This document shows positions 22,337 through 33,159 of a stretch of DNA of 64,000 bases, one piece after another. This DNA is from Alphaproteobacteria bacterium (GTDB lineage: Bacteria; Pseudomonadota; Alphaproteobacteria; UBA828): positions 192,001-256,000 of the forward strand of contig CAXXVO010000007.1 of the NCBI GenBank assembly GCA_963422645.2. Direction: 5' to 3'. The notes beneath the pieces are model-generated. The model did not search any database, had not been told where the DNA came from, and worked only from the letters and a program-made list of their open reading frames with translations. How positions within the stretch are numbered: the first letter of the stretch is position 1; every line of letters begins with the position of its first letter. A program made the position numbers and the translations under genes.

Positions 22337-22351
22337 GTTCGCTTTTTGTTC
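22337..22351. promoter_or_regulatory. Candidate alphaproteobacterial LexA (SOS) box GTTC-N7-GTTC
   Basis: GTTCGCTTTTTGTTC in the AT-rich divergent intergenic region between ilvE and the RfaH-like gene. Confidence 0.5.
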
Positions 22352-22442
22352 AAACTCGGGTCCCTTACATATACAGTGTGACCAGGAGGGGTTCTGGTTC
22401 AGTTAGTTCCGGCGCCTTGGGTCCTGCCGGTCAGAGGTAACG

Positions 22443-22943
22443 ATGCGCAAATGGTACGTCGTCCAAACGCGGCCCCATCAGGAGCAGCGCGCTGAAGTTA
22501 ACCTGGCGCGCCAGGGGTACCGGGTGTGGCTGCCGGTGACGGAGCGCTCCCGCCGCCAGGCAAAGCGCATCGAAACCGGGTACGCACCGCTCTTTCCACA
22601 GTACCTGTTCGTGCAACTCGATATCGGGCGCGAGCCGTGGCGCGCCATCAACGGCACCTTCGGGGTGAAGCGGCTTCTCGCCGACGGCCCGCGGCCTCAG
22701 CCGCTGCCCGGCGAATTCGTTGCTGCACTGCGGGAGGCGACCGGGACCGACGGCGTGAGCACACCCGCGCCGCCCGAGTTGCAGCCGGGAGATGCCGTCA
22801 CCATCACCGTTGGTCCCTTCGTGGAGTGCGCGGCGGTCGTCCTGCGGCTTGCGCCGCGCGAGAGGGTCGAGGTGCTGCTGGATGTTATGGGCGGGCGGGT
22901 GCCGGCCCGGCTTCCCATTCGATCGGTTATCGCCAGCGCCTGA
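22443..22943 (+). CDS. NusG paralog, RfaH-like transcription antiterminator (NGN plus KOW)
   Basis: WYVVQT.P..E.RA..NL..QG, PLFPQYLFV, INGTFGV, PGD.V.IT.GPF, RV.VLL..MG. Confidence 0.85.
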   Translation: MRKWYVVQTRPHQEQRAEVNLARQGYRVWLPVTERSRRQAKRIETGYAPLFPQYLFVQLDIGREPWRAINGTFGVKRLLADGPRPQPLPGEFVAALREATGTDGVSTPAPPELQPGDAVTITVGPFVECAAVVLRLAPRERVEVLLDVMGGRVPARLPIRSVIASA

Positions 22944-22962
22944 ACCCGCCGGCGATTTAGCT

Positions 22963-23889
22963 CTAGGTTTGTCCCTTGCCCCGGTAGATGCCGATGACCG
23001 TGTTCAGCATGGCGAGAGCATCAACGCGCGGGCGCTGGAAGCTGTTGCGGCCGATGATCGAGCCGCTGCCCCCGCCGGCATGGATCGCGCGAACCTCGCC
23101 GAAGAGCCCTTCCAGCCCCTTCGCGGCACCGCCAGAGAAGACCACGAGCCGGCGCCCGGCGAAGGCCGCCTGCATGATGTGCGCGATCCGCTTCTGCAGC
23201 GTCTCGCCGCCCACACCTGCGGCGTTGTAGGCCTTGGCGGCGGCCTCCTGCTCCAGATGGGCGGTGGGCGGCTTGACCTTGATGATGTGGGCGCCGGCAA
23301 GCGCGGCCATGTGCGCTGCATAGGCCACCACGTCGAGTGCGGTCTCACCCTCCTTGGAGAGCGACCCGCCACGCGGGTAGGACCAGACCACCACTGCGAG
23401 CCCGTGCGCCTTCGCCTCCGCCGCGAGCTCGCGGATCTCCTCGATCATCTCGTACTGATGGTCGGAGGCGGGATAGATGGTGAATCCAATGGCCGAGCAG
23501 CCCAGCCGGAGCGCGTCACGCACCGAGCCGGTCACGGCCTGATCCCTGGCCGAGCCCAGCGAATTGGCGTTGTTGACCTTGAGAATTGTCGGGATTGCAC
23601 CGGCGAAGCTCTCGGCGCCTGCTTCGATCATGCCGAGCGGGCTCGCGAACGCGTTGAAACCCGCGTCGATGGCAAGCTGCCAGTGGTAGTGCGGGTCGTA
23701 GGCTGGCGGGTTGGGTGCGAAGCTGCGCGCCGGACCATGCTCGAAGCCCTGATCGACGGGCAGGATGACCATGCGCCCGGTGCCGCCGAGGCGACCGTGC
23801 ATCAGGATGCGAGCGAGGTTCGCTTTCGTGCCCGGATTGTCGCTCTCATACCAGGAGAGAATTTCTCTGACGCGCCTGGTGATTCGCAT
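22963..23889 (-). CDS. fbaB: Class I fructose-bisphosphate aldolase (DhnA type)
   Basis: ILPVDQGFEHGP, WSYPRG, IIKVK, FSGG, IIGRNSFQ. Confidence 0.92.
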   Translation of the reverse strand: MRITRRVREILSWYESDNPGTKANLARILMHGRLGGTGRMVILPVDQGFEHGPARSFAPNPPAYDPHYHWQLAIDAGFNAFASPLGMIEAGAESFAGAIPTILKVNNANSLGSARDQAVTGSVRDALRLGCSAIGFTIYPASDHQYEMIEEIRELAAEAKAHGLAVVVWSYPRGGSLSKEGETALDVVAYAAHMAALAGAHIIKVKPPTAHLEQEAAAKAYNAAGVGGETLQKRIAHIMQAAFAGRRLVVFSGGAAKGLEGLFGEVRAIHAGGGSGSIIGRNSFQRPRVDALAMLNTVIGIYRGKGQT

Positions 23890-23927
23890 GGCCCATCCTG
23901 ACCGAGGCGCGGCTCGTTTTCCAGAGC

Positions 23928-24362
23928 TTATGAACGTCCGGCATGCCCTTTTGCGAGATAGGCGGCGCTGTCACGCTCCGGGTCGGCGGAATGGACGAGA
24001 TCGAGCGCGTCCCGAGCCGGACCGGCAGTAATCAGCCGGCCGCTCTGCCCGTCCGCGATGGCCTGGAGGGTCTTGCGCATGACTCCGCGGCCGGTGAACG
24101 CCACGTTGGCGAGGCCCCGGCGCAGCGCCTCGTGGGCGAGCACGGCGCTGCCCCTGCAGTCGACGACCGCATCGTGGTCGGCTTCCGGCACTGCCTCCTT
24201 GGCCTTCTCGAAGACCGTACCGAGAAAACCGAGACCCGCGTAGGAAGCGGCGCCGGGCGCGGACCAGAGCGTGACCGGAACTCCGGCTGCCGCGGCCGCA
24301 CGGAGCGCGCCGACGGCCTGGTCGAGATCGTGCACGACGATCGCGGGACGCCGTGCGCTCAT
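23928..24362 (-). CDS. Hypothetical protein within glycolytic operon
   Basis: ATG24362 starts 7 nt after the pgk stop; MSARRPAIVVHDLDQA..LWSAPGAASYAG..VDC. Confidence 0.65.
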   Translation of the reverse strand: MSARRPAIVVHDLDQAVGALRAAAAAGVPVTLWSAPGAASYAGLGFLGTVFEKAKEAVPEADHDAVVDCRGSAVLAHEALRRGLANVAFTGRGVMRKTLQAIADGQSGRLITAGPARDALDLVHSADPERDSAAYLAKGHAGRS

Positions 24363-24369
24363 GGCCCGC

Positions 24370-25578
24370 TCACGGGGTGCTCGCGGTCTCGAGTGCCGCG
24401 ACCCCCGGCAGTGTCTTACCCTCCAGCCATTCGAGGAAGGCACCGCCGGCAGTGGAGACGTAGCTGAGGTCGCCGAGCACGCCTGCGCCTTGAAGGGCTG
24501 CGACCGTGTCCCCGCCGCCGGCGACGGAGAGCAGTCTACCTTCATCGGTGAGCCGCGCGGCGGCGCGGGCACAGCGCGTCGTCGCGCGATCGAAGGGCGG
24601 GATCTCGAATGCCCCGAGGGGCCCGTTCCAGACCAGGGTGCGCGACTCTGCCAGCGCCGCTTCGATTTGCGCACAAGACTCGGGCCCGAGGTCGAGGATC
24701 ATTCCATTTGCCGGAACGTCGGCCGCGCGCGTTACCACACCCTCGGCACCCTCCCTGAACTCCCGCGTCACCATCACGTCGGTGGGGAGGACGATCCCGC
24801 AGCCGGCGCCCGACGCCTCTCCCATGATGCGGCGCGCATCCGCCGCCAAGTCTGGCTCGTGAAGCGACGCCCCGACGGAAACCCCCTGCGCGTGGAGGAA
24901 GGTGTTGGCCATAGCGCCGCCGATGACGAGGCGGTCCACTCGCTCAATCAAGTTGGCGAGGAGCGCGAGCTTGGTCGAGACCTTGGCGCCGCCGACCACG
25001 GCGATGACCGGCCGCTCGGGCGCCTGCAGCGCCTTGCCGAGCGCCTCCAGCTCCGCCTGCATGAGTCGCCCCGCCGCGTTCGGCAGGCGCTCTGCCACGG
25101 CGGTGGTCGACACATGGGCCCGGTGCGCCGCAGAGAACGCGTCGTTGACGTAGAAATCGGCGAGGCGCGCGAGGGCATCGGCGAAGGCGGGATCGTTCGC
25201 CTCCTCGCCCGCGTGGAAGCGCAGGTTCTCCAGCAACGCGACTTCGCCCGGCGCGAGGGTGGCAACCGCCGCCTCCGCTTCCGCGCCCGCACAATCGGGC
25301 ACGAAGCGAACCGGGAGGCCACCGAGCGCCTGGGAGAGAGGCTCGGCAATCGGCCCGAGCGACATGGCCGCTACGGGCTTCCCCTTGGGCCGGCCGAAAT
25401 GCGAGGCGACGATGACCTTCGCCCCGCGCCCCGCGAGTTCCGCAAGCGTGGGCGCCACCCGGTCGATCCGCGTGGTATCGCCCACCGCGCCTTCGCGCAT
25501 CGGTACGTTCAGGTCTACCCGCACCAAGACGCGTTTGCCGGCGACCTCGATATCGTCAAGCGTGCGAAACGCGGTCAT
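24370..25578 (-). CDS. pgk: Phosphoglycerate kinase
   Basis: [43 protein letters not shown]; start ATG25578. Confidence 0.97.
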   Translation of the reverse strand: MTAFRTLDDIEVAGKRVLVRVDLNVPMREGAVGDTTRIDRVAPTLAELAGRGAKVIVASHFGRPKGKPVAAMSLGPIAEPLSQALGGLPVRFVPDCAGAEAEAAVATLAPGEVALLENLRFHAGEEANDPAFADALARLADFYVNDAFSAAHRAHVSTTAVAERLPNAAGRLMQAELEALGKALQAPERPVIAVVGGAKVSTKLALLANLIERVDRLVIGGAMANTFLHAQGVSVGASLHEPDLAADARRIMGEASGAGCGIVLPTDVMVTREFREGAEGVVTRAADVPANGMILDLGPESCAQIEAALAESRTLVWNGPLGAFEIPPFDRATTRCARAAARLTDEGRLLSVAGGGDTVAALQGAGVLGDLSYVSTAGGAFLEWLEGKTLPGVAALETASTP

Positions 25579-25615
25579 GTCACGGGCGAAAGACCGAGCG
25601 GTCGCGCGGACACCG

Positions 25616-26620
25616 TCACAGGTTGCCGAGATGGGCCGCGACATCGCCCATCCGGTTCGAAAAACCCCATTCGTTGTCGTACCAGGAAAGCACGCGGCCG
25701 AGCGTGCCATCGACCACGGCGGTCTGGCCGGTATCGACAATCGAGCTTTCCGGCCGGTGGTTGAAATCGACCGAGACCAGCGGCTCCTCGCTGTAGGCGA
25801 GCACGCCGGCCATGTCCCCGGCGGCGGCGTTCGCCACGGCTTCGTTGATCTCGTCCACGGATGTCGTCCGTTTGGCGACGAAGCTGAGATCGACCATCGA
25901 GACGTTGGAGGTCGGCACCCTGACCGCCGTGCCGTCCAGCTTGCCGGCGAGCGCGGGCAGCACGAGACCCACGGCGCGCGCGGCGCCGGTTGACGTGGGG
26001 ATCATCGAGCCCGCCGCACCGCGCGCGCGCCGCAGGTCCTTGTGGAGCGTGTCGAGTACCGGCTGGTCCAGCGTGTAGGCGTGCACCGTGGTCATGAATC
26101 CGCTCTCGATCCCGATCGCCTCGTGCAGCACCGACGCGACCGGGGCCAGGCAGTTGGTGGTGCAGGACGCGTTGGAAACGATGCGGTGCTCGGGCGTGAG
26201 CGCGGTGTGATTGACGCCATAGACCACGGTGAGGTCGGAATCCCTTCCGGGGGCCGAGATCAGCACCGCCCGGGCGCCGGCCTCCAGATGGGCCGCGGCT
26301 TTCTCACGCGCCGTGAAGATCCCGGTGCACTCCAGCGCCACGTCGATGCCGAGGTCGGTCCAGGGCAGCCGCGCCGGGTCGCGCTCGCTCAGCACCTGGA
26401 TCGGCCCCGAGCCGATGTCGATGGAGCCGTCCGCCACCTCGATCGTGCCGGGGAAGCGCCCGTGGACCGAATCGTAGCGCAGCAGGTGGGCGTTGGTCTC
26501 CACGTCGCCCAGATCGTTCAGGGCGACGACGGTGAGATCGGTGCGGCCGGACTCGTGGATCGCGCGCAAAATGTTGCGGCCGATCCGCCCGAATCCGTTG
26601 ATGGCGATGCGAACCGTCAT
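25616..26620 (-). CDS. gap: Type I glyceraldehyde-3-phosphate dehydrogenase
   Basis: [28 protein letters not shown]. Confidence 0.97.
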   Translation of the reverse strand: MTVRIAINGFGRIGRNILRAIHESGRTDLTVVALNDLGDVETNAHLLRYDSVHGRFPGTIEVADGSIDIGSGPIQVLSERDPARLPWTDLGIDVALECTGIFTAREKAAAHLEAGARAVLISAPGRDSDLTVVYGVNHTALTPEHRIVSNASCTTNCLAPVASVLHEAIGIESGFMTTVHAYTLDQPVLDTLHKDLRRARGAAGSMIPTSTGAARAVGLVLPALAGKLDGTAVRVPTSNVSMVDLSFVAKRTTSVDEINEAVANAAAGDMAGVLAYSEEPLVSVDFNHRPESSIVDTGQTAVVDGTLGRVLSWYDNEWGFSNRMGDVAAHLGNL

Positions 26621-26684
26621 ATTCCCTCCGCTCTGTGAGATGCCGCGTCTAGGCTGCGGCCCCGAACCGCGACCGCCGGAGCGG

Positions 26685-28706
26685 TCAGGAGCGTTGCAGT
26701 CTCTGCTTGGCTGCTGCGACCACGGCGTCGGCCGTGATGCCGAAGTGGGCGTAAAGCTCCTTGGCAGGCGCCGAGCCGCCGAAGCTCCGCATCCCGACGA
26801 CGGTGCCGTCGGGGCCTACGTAGCGCTCCCAGCCGAGCGGGCTTGCGGCTTCGACCGCAACCCGGATCGCGTCGGCGCCCAGCACGCTCTCGCGATAGGC
26901 GGGCTCCTGCTCGTCGAACAGCTCCCAGCAGGGGACAGACACCAGCCGCGTCGGCACGCCGTCGGCTTCCAGCGTCTGCCGCGCCTCGTCGGCAATCGCG
27001 CATTCCGACCCCGTCGCGAGCAGCACGACCGCGGGTTTTCCCGACGACGCCTCGCGCAGCATGTAGCCGCCGCGCGCGCAGGCATTCTCGGAGCCATTCT
27101 CGTCCGTCCGCAAGTAGGGCACGCCCTGCCGGGTCAGCGCGAGCACCGACGGGCGCTCGGCGTTGGCCAGGGCGAGCTCCCAGCATTCCGCCGTTTCGAT
27201 GGCATCGGCGGGCCGGAAGAGTAGCAGGTTGGGCATGGCCCGAAGGCTCGCGAGATGCTCGACCGGCTGATGGGTCGGGCCGTCCTCCCCGAGGCCGATG
27301 GAATCGTGGGTCATCACGTAGATGACGCGGAGCTCCATAAGTGCAGAAAGCCGGATCGCCGGCCGGCAATAGTCGGTGAAGGTGAGGAAGGTGCCGCCGA
27401 AGGGAATGACCCCGCCGTGGAGCGCCATGCCGTTCATCACCGCGCCCATGGCGTGCTCGCGCACCCCGTAATAGAGGTAGCGGCCGCCGTAATCGCCGGG
27501 CGTGATCGGCGCGAGTTCGTCGCTCTTCGTGCCGTTGGAGCCGGTGAGGTCGGCCGACCCGCCGAGGAGGGACGGCAAGGCGTCGGCGATGGCGCCGATG
27601 ACACGCTTATTGGCCACCCTGGTAGCGATGGTGGGGCGCTCCTCGGCAAGCGCGGCCTTCAGGCTTGCGAGAGCCTCCAGGAGTGCCGGCGGCAGCGCGC
27701 CTGCGACCGCATCGTCGAATTCGGCCCGTTGCCCTTCGTCGAGGTCGGCGTGACGCGCCTCCCAGGCTCCTCGAGCCTCTCGGCCCCGCGCGCCGGCAGC
27801 GCGCCAAGCGGCGAGGATCGCATCGGGCACCGTGAAGGGTGCATGCGGCCAAACCAGTGCCTCACGGGTGCCCGCAATCTCGTCAGGTCCGAGCGGCGCG
27901 CCATGGCTCGCGGCGGTGCCGGCCTTCGTAGGCGCGCCGTAGCCGATCACCGTGCGGCACTCGATCATCGAAGGCCGGGACTCGGCCTTGGCTGCGCCGA
28001 TGGCCGCCGCCACCGCGTTGGGATCGTGGCCATCGACGCGCAGCGTGTGCCATCCGGCGGACTCGAAGCGCTTCCGCGCGTCGTCGGAGCAGGAGAGGCT
28101 GGTGGGCCCGTCGATGGAGATGTCGTTCGAATCGTAGAGCACAATCAGGCGGTCCAACCGTAGATGACCTGCGAGCGAGATCGCCTCCTGGCTGATGCCT
28201 TCCATCAGGCAGCCGTCGCCGCACACGACATAGGTGTGATGGTCCACCAGGTCGCCGCCGAAGCGGGCGGCCATGCTGCGCTCCGCCAGGGCCATGCCGA
28301 CCGCGTTGGCAAGGCCTTGGCCGAGCGGGCCGGTGGTGGTCTCGATCCCGGCAGCGAGGCCGTACTCCGGATGGCCCGCGGTGCGGCTGCCAAGCTGGCG
28401 GAAGTTGCGGATTTCTTCGATGTCGATGTCCGGATAGCCGGTGAGATAGAGCAGCGAATAGAGCAGCATCGAGCCGTGACCGTTCGACAGCACGAAGCGG
28501 TCCCGGTCGGGCCAATCGGGGCGCGCGGGATCGAACTTGAGGAAGCGGCCGAAGAGCACGGTCGCGACGTCGGCGAGACCCAATGGCATGCCGGGATGGC
28601 CGGAGCGGGCTTGCTCCACCGCATCCATCGAAAGGGCGCGGATGGCGTTCGCCATGTCCGCGTGGTCGACGCGCGGTGCGCGCCCTTCAGCCGTTGTGGA
28701 AGGCAT
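26685..28706 (-). CDS. tkt: Transketolase
   Basis: [41 protein letters not shown]. Confidence 0.97.
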   Translation of the reverse strand: MPSTTAEGRAPRVDHADMANAIRALSMDAVEQARSGHPGMPLGLADVATVLFGRFLKFDPARPDWPDRDRFVLSNGHGSMLLYSLLYLTGYPDIDIEEIRNFRQLGSRTAGHPEYGLAAGIETTTGPLGQGLANAVGMALAERSMAARFGGDLVDHHTYVVCGDGCLMEGISQEAISLAGHLRLDRLIVLYDSNDISIDGPTSLSCSDDARKRFESAGWHTLRVDGHDPNAVAAAIGAAKAESRPSMIECRTVIGYGAPTKAGTAASHGAPLGPDEIAGTREALVWPHAPFTVPDAILAAWRAAGARGREARGAWEARHADLDEGQRAEFDDAVAGALPPALLEALASLKAALAEERPTIATRVANKRVIGAIADALPSLLGGSADLTGSNGTKSDELAPITPGDYGGRYLYYGVREHAMGAVMNGMALHGGVIPFGGTFLTFTDYCRPAIRLSALMELRVIYVMTHDSIGLGEDGPTHQPVEHLASLRAMPNLLLFRPADAIETAECWELALANAERPSVLALTRQGVPYLRTDENGSENACARGGYMLREASSGKPAVVLLATGSECAIADEARQTLEADGVPTRLVSVPCWELFDEQEPAYRESVLGADAIRVAVEAASPLGWERYVGPDGTVVGMRSFGGSAPAKELYAHFGITADAVVAAAKQRLQRS

Positions 28707-28796
28707 GGGCCCTCGTCCTGTGCCGCGCCATCGCGCCGAAAAGTGCGCGCAACATGCCCCCCACCGGGGTGAGCGTCAACCGCGCGCTCGCGCGAG

Positions 28797-29333
28797 CTAG
28801 AACGAGGAGTTGGGGGTCTTGAGGAAGGCGATTTCCTCGGGCGTGGAGGGGCGCGAGAGCGCCTTGTTGCGGTGCGGATAACGCCCGAAGCGGTCGATGA
28901 TCGCCTTGTGCTGCAGCTCGTAGTCGAGGCTTCTGGGATCGTCGATGGACTCGAAAAGGCGCACGGCGATTTCGTGGATCAGGCGCGATTCGCTGTGCTC
29001 GTAGGGCATGTAAAAGAACTTCCGGCGCTCCAGCGGCACCGCCCGGTCGGCACGCGCGCGCAGGGCCTCCTGCGCCAGCACGAGCGCCATGCCGTCGCAT
29101 GCGAAGGCGCGCGGGTCCTCGCGGTAGAGGTTTCGGGAGAACTGGTCGAGCACGATGATTTCGGCCAGGCGGCCCTCCGGCACCTCGCGCCACTCGTGCA
29201 GCTCGCCGAGCGCGGCGCTGGCGTGAAGCGCGCCGAACTCGGTGCGGATCGCCTCGTCGAAGGCGGGGTCCTTGGTCCACCACTGATCGGGGCCATGGCG
29301 TTCGAACCAGAACGAGAGAACCCGTCCAATCAT
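28797..29333 (-). CDS. DUF924 family protein
   Basis: VLSFWF, IVLDQFSRN, FYMPYEHSE, FGRYPHRN..L.R.ST.EE; start ATG29333. Confidence 0.88.
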   Translation of the reverse strand: MIGRVLSFWFERHGPDQWWTKDPAFDEAIRTEFGALHASAALGELHEWREVPEGRLAEIIVLDQFSRNLYREDPRAFACDGMALVLAQEALRARADRAVPLERRKFFYMPYEHSESRLIHEIAVRLFESIDDPRSLDYELQHKAIIDRFGRYPHRNKALSRPSTPEEIAFLKTPNSSF

Positions 29334-29340
29334 TATTCCG

Positions 29341-30117
29341 TCACTCCTGACTGCTTGCAGCCAACGCCCGCGCACGCTCCAGTTGTGCCTGCGTATCGAC
29401 GCCGAGCGGGACCGTGTCCGCGAACGCGACCTCGATGCGCATCCCATCCTCCAGGGCGCGCAGCTGCTCCAGACGCTCCCGGCGCTCGAGCGGGCTCGGC
29501 GGGAGCGCGACGAAGCGGGCAAGCGCTTCACGCCTATAGGCGTAGAGGCCGATATGGTGCCAGAGCGGGCCCTCGCCGGAGGGCGCGGTCGCGCGGGTGA
29601 AATAGAGGGCCCGGCCCTGCGTCTCCCCCGGCCGATGGGAAACCACGGCCTTGACCACGCTGGGGTCGTCGCGCTCCGCCGGGCTGACGATCTCGGCCGC
29701 GAGCGTGCCGATTTCGACCGCAGGGTCCGCCAGGAGCGCGAGCGCGCGCGCCAGCAGAGCGGGGTCCAGAGTGGGCAGATCGCCCTGCAGGTTGACCACC
29801 GCGTCGTGGTTGCCTGCCGGATCGATGGCCTGGAGCGCCTCGAATATCCGGTCGGAGCCGGATGGATGATCGGGGTCAGTGATGACCGCGCGCCCGCCAG
29901 CGCGCTCGACCGCCTCGGAAATTGCGGGCTCGGCGCAGGCGACGATCACGGGGCCGATCTCCGCAGCCTCAGCTCGCTCCAGCACGTGCACGATCATCGG
30001 CCGGCCGGCGATGTCGGCAAGGGGCTTGCCGGGAAGACGGGTCGAGGCCATGCGCGCCGGAATCAGCACGATTGGGTTCCGGGGCGGCAGCTTGGTGGTG
30101 TTGCCGGAGACGCTCAT
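29341..30117 (-). CDS. kdsB: 3-deoxy-manno-octulosonate cytidylyltransferase
   Basis: [40 protein letters not shown]. Confidence 0.95.
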   Translation of the reverse strand: MSVSGNTTKLPPRNPIVLIPARMASTRLPGKPLADIAGRPMIVHVLERAEAAEIGPVIVACAEPAISEAVERAGGRAVITDPDHPSGSDRIFEALQAIDPAGNHDAVVNLQGDLPTLDPALLARALALLADPAVEIGTLAAEIVSPAERDDPSVVKAVVSHRPGETQGRALYFTRATAPSGEGPLWHHIGLYAYRREALARFVALPPSPLERRERLEQLRALEDGMRIEVAFADTVPLGVDTQAQLERARALAASSQE

Positions 30118-30138
30118 CCGCCTCGCCGTGCCGACTGG

Positions 30139-32160
30139 TCAGCCGGCCGTCACGGGCGCCGTGGCGGCACGAAGCCAGGCGAGCGTCGCCTTGTCGTCCG
30201 CGAGCAGGGGCGCGAGCGTCTCCGCGACGCGCGCGTGATAGGCATCGAGCCATGCGCGCTCGTCTGCGGTCAGCATGGCGGGCTCAATGAGCGTGCGGTC
30301 GATGGGTGCGAGCGTCAGTGTCTCGAAGCCGAGGAAGCCCCCGTTGGCGTCGTCAGCCTCCTTCACCGCCACCAGGTTCTCGATCCGGATGCCGTAGGCG
30401 CCGGTCCTGTAGTAGCCGGGCTCGTTGGAGACCACCATGCCGGGCGCGAGCGCCGCGCCCGAGCCCATCCGGGAGATGCGCTGCGGGCCCTCGTGCACGT
30501 TGAGGTAGTGGCCCACGCCGTGGCCGGTGCCGTGGTCGTAGTCGAGGCCCGCCTGCCACAGGAACTGGCGGGCGAGCGTGTCGAGCTGCGCACCGCTGGT
30601 GCCGCGCGGGAAGCGCGCCGTCGCCAGCGCGATATGGCCGCGCAACACGCGGGTGAAGCGGTCCCGGTGCTCGGGCTCAGGCCGGCCGATCGCAACCGTG
30701 CGGGTCACGTCTGTAGTGCCGTCCAGGTACTGCCCGCCCGAATCGACGAGGTAGAGGGTGCCGGGCTCCAGCGTGCGGTTGCTCTCTTCCGTCACCCGGT
30801 AATGGACGATGGCGCCGTTGGAACCGGCGCCCGAGATCGTGTCGAAGCTCGGACCCCGGTAGTGCTCGCCGCCGGCGCGCATCGCCGCCAACCGTGCAAC
30901 TGCATCGAGTTCGGTGATCGAGCCAGGCGGGGCGGCGGCAAGCCAAGCCAGGAAGCGGGTCAAGGCCGCGCCGTCCCGGCGGTGGGCGGCGCGGATACCG
31001 TCGAGCTCGACGGCGTTCTTACGGGCCTTGGGCAGCGCGCAGGGATCGGCGTCGCGAATCACTTCTGCACCGCCTTCCCTCAGCCGATCGACCATCCAGA
31101 CCGGGGTCGTGGCCTCGTCGATCAGCACCGTCTTGCCCGCGCCGGCAAACGCGTCGAGCACATTCGCCATCGTCTCCGGCGCCTGCACGTGCACGGCGTT
31201 GCCGAGATGGGCCGGAAGCTCGGGCAGGAGCTTGCGGCTGTCTACAAACCAGTCCACGCCGCCGTCGCCGTGCATGATGGCGAAGGAGTGAGGGAGGGGG
31301 CTGTTGGCAACATCGGCGCCGCGGACGTTGAGCAGCCAGGCGATCGAATCGGGTGCGCTCAGCACCGCTGCGGCCGCACCCTTCTCCGTGAGCCGGGCGG
31401 CGACGGTCTCTCGCTTGTCGCTCGCCTCGGCACCAGAAAAGCGTGCCGGATGGGGGGCGATGGGGCCGAGCGGGGCCGGTGGCTGATCCGCCCACAGCGC
31501 GTCGATGGGATTGTCGTCGCACGGGACCAGGCGGGCGCCGACAGCGCGGCAGGGCGCCGCCATCCGGTCGCGCTCCCGCGTGCCGTGCAGCCGGGGGTCG
31601 TAGCCGAGCGCGGCGCCTTCCGCGAGATGATTCCGGAGCCATGCGTCGGCCGGCTCCTCGGTGATATGACGGTGCTCGTAGAGGCTGTCATCCACCTGCG
31701 CCGCCGCCTGAATTGTATAGCGCCCGTCGACGAAGAGTGCGGCCCGCTCGGCCAGCACGACCGCCATGCCGGCAGAGCCCGTGAAGCCGGTGAGCCACGC
31801 CAGCCGCTGTGAGCGCCGCGCCACGTACTCGCCCTGATGCTCGTCGCTGAGCGGCACCATGAAGCCATCGAGGCCGCGCTTGGCGAGCTCGGCCCTGAGC
31901 GCCGCGAGCCGGGTCTCTTGCTGCGGGGTGTCGATCCCGTCCGGTGCCTCGGCATAGGTCCGGCGCAGAGCCTCGAAGCTCTCGGCGTAGCCCGCACCGG
32001 CTTCGGTCTCCGGGTGAATCAGGCGAATCCAGTCCCGGTCCTGCACAGCCGCCGCGGCGACGCCGCGCACCAACGATTCGACCTCATGGATTGGCGTGTC
32101 GACTCCGGCCTCGGCGAGGGCCTGCGCCAGCACGCCCGTTATCGCAGTTTTCTCGGACAT
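30139..32160 (-). CDS. Aminopeptidase P (M24B) family protein
   Basis: GFTGSAG, DGRY, DSGGQY.DGTTDVTRT, HGTGHGVG, VHEGP, NEPGYY, GIRIEN. Confidence 0.92.
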   Translation of the reverse strand: MSEKTAITGVLAQALAEAGVDTPIHEVESLVRGVAAAAVQDRDWIRLIHPETEAGAGYAESFEALRRTYAEAPDGIDTPQQETRLAALRAELAKRGLDGFMVPLSDEHQGEYVARRSQRLAWLTGFTGSAGMAVVLAERAALFVDGRYTIQAAAQVDDSLYEHRHITEEPADAWLRNHLAEGAALGYDPRLHGTRERDRMAAPCRAVGARLVPCDDNPIDALWADQPPAPLGPIAPHPARFSGAEASDKRETVAARLTEKGAAAAVLSAPDSIAWLLNVRGADVANSPLPHSFAIMHGDGGVDWFVDSRKLLPELPAHLGNAVHVQAPETMANVLDAFAGAGKTVLIDEATTPVWMVDRLREGGAEVIRDADPCALPKARKNAVELDGIRAAHRRDGAALTRFLAWLAAAPPGSITELDAVARLAAMRAGGEHYRGPSFDTISGAGSNGAIVHYRVTEESNRTLEPGTLYLVDSGGQYLDGTTDVTRTVAIGRPEPEHRDRFTRVLRGHIALATARFPRGTSGAQLDTLARQFLWQAGLDYDHGTGHGVGHYLNVHEGPQRISRMGSGAALAPGMVVSNEPGYYRTGAYGIRIENLVAVKEADDANGGFLGFETLTLAPIDRTLIEPAMLTADERAWLDAYHARVAETLAPLLADDKATLAWLRAATAPVTAG

Positions 32161-32185
32161 GGTGGCGTTTGTGCCAGTGCGCCGC

Positions 32186-33091
32186 TCACCGCGTCAATAT
32201 CAACGTGACCCAGGCGCCGAGCCGTATGCGCCGCCGGAGCCGGAGCCCGGCCGAGCGGAAGGCCGCCAGTACCAGCCGCTCCTCGGTGTCGAGAAGGCCG
32301 GAGAGCACCGCGACGCCCCCCAGCCGCACGCGCCGGGAGAAGTCTGGTGCCATCGCGGCGATGGGCTTTGCCCTGATGTTGGCGACGATCAGGTCCGCCC
32401 GGCCAAACCGCCTCACGACACCCGCGCGAAAACCCCCAGCCCGCACCACCGCCACTCGGTGAGAGAGCCCGTTCCGCCGCACCGTCTCCCGTGCCGTGGC
32501 AACCGCCATGGGGTCGCTATCCAGGGCGAGCAGCCGTGCCGGCCAGAGCCGCGCCGCCGCCACCGCGAGGATGCCGGAGCCCGTACCGATGTCCAGCGCA
32601 CGGCGAATTCGACGGCGTCGGGCGAGCCAGTCCAGCGCGAGCAGGCAGCCTTGGGTCGATTCGTGGCGGCCGGAGCCGAAGGCGGGGCCGGCATCGACGC
32701 AGAGGGTGAAGCGTCGGCGGGGAAGGGCTTGGTGTGCGCCCACGATCGTAAAGTGTCCGACCGAGACGGGCGGAAAGGAGGCTAGGGACTGCGCCTTCCA
32801 GTCGGTGGGGTGGATCGGCTCGAACGCCGTCTCGTCTGGCTCGACCCCGGCCTCGCTCAGCAACGAGCGCAACTGGTTCGGCCTTGGATCGTCGCCTGCC
32901 GAGTCGGCGCCGAACACGGTTACGCGCAGAAGGTCCGCCGGGGCTTCCTGTATCGGGTGTGTCGCCTCGACCGTCTCCGCCAACACAGCGTCAGCTTGTT
33001 CGCTGAGCGTCTCCTCGAGCCCCTCGAAGACGGCACGGCTGAGCGTCACCTGGAGCCGCCAGCCTTGGGCACCGGGGCGATTTCCGCTCAC
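32186..33091 (-). CDS. prmA: Ribosomal protein L11 methyltransferase-like
   Basis: AFGSG.H.ST, LDIGTGSGIL, ANI, LSGLL. Confidence 0.8.
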   Translation of the reverse strand: MSGNRPGAQGWRLQVTLSRAVFEGLEETLSEQADAVLAETVEATHPIQEAPADLLRVTVFGADSAGDDPRPNQLRSLLSEAGVEPDETAFEPIHPTDWKAQSLASFPPVSVGHFTIVGAHQALPRRRFTLCVDAGPAFGSGRHESTQGCLLALDWLARRRRIRRALDIGTGSGILAVAAARLWPARLLALDSDPMAVATARETVRRNGLSHRVAVVRAGGFRAGVVRRFGRADLIVANIRAKPIAAMAPDFSRRVRLGGVAVLSGLLDTEERLVLAAFRSAGLRLRRRIRLGAWVTLILTR

Positions 33092-33159
33092 TGCCGCCCC
33101 CAGCGCGGCCCAATTCCGGCTAAGATGGGTCCCCCGGAACGCACGGTCGGAGGCCCGCG

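Noticed and set aside
29383-31812. 809-aa plus-strand ORF
   Set aside because: Antisense shadow of kdsB and pepP with no motifs
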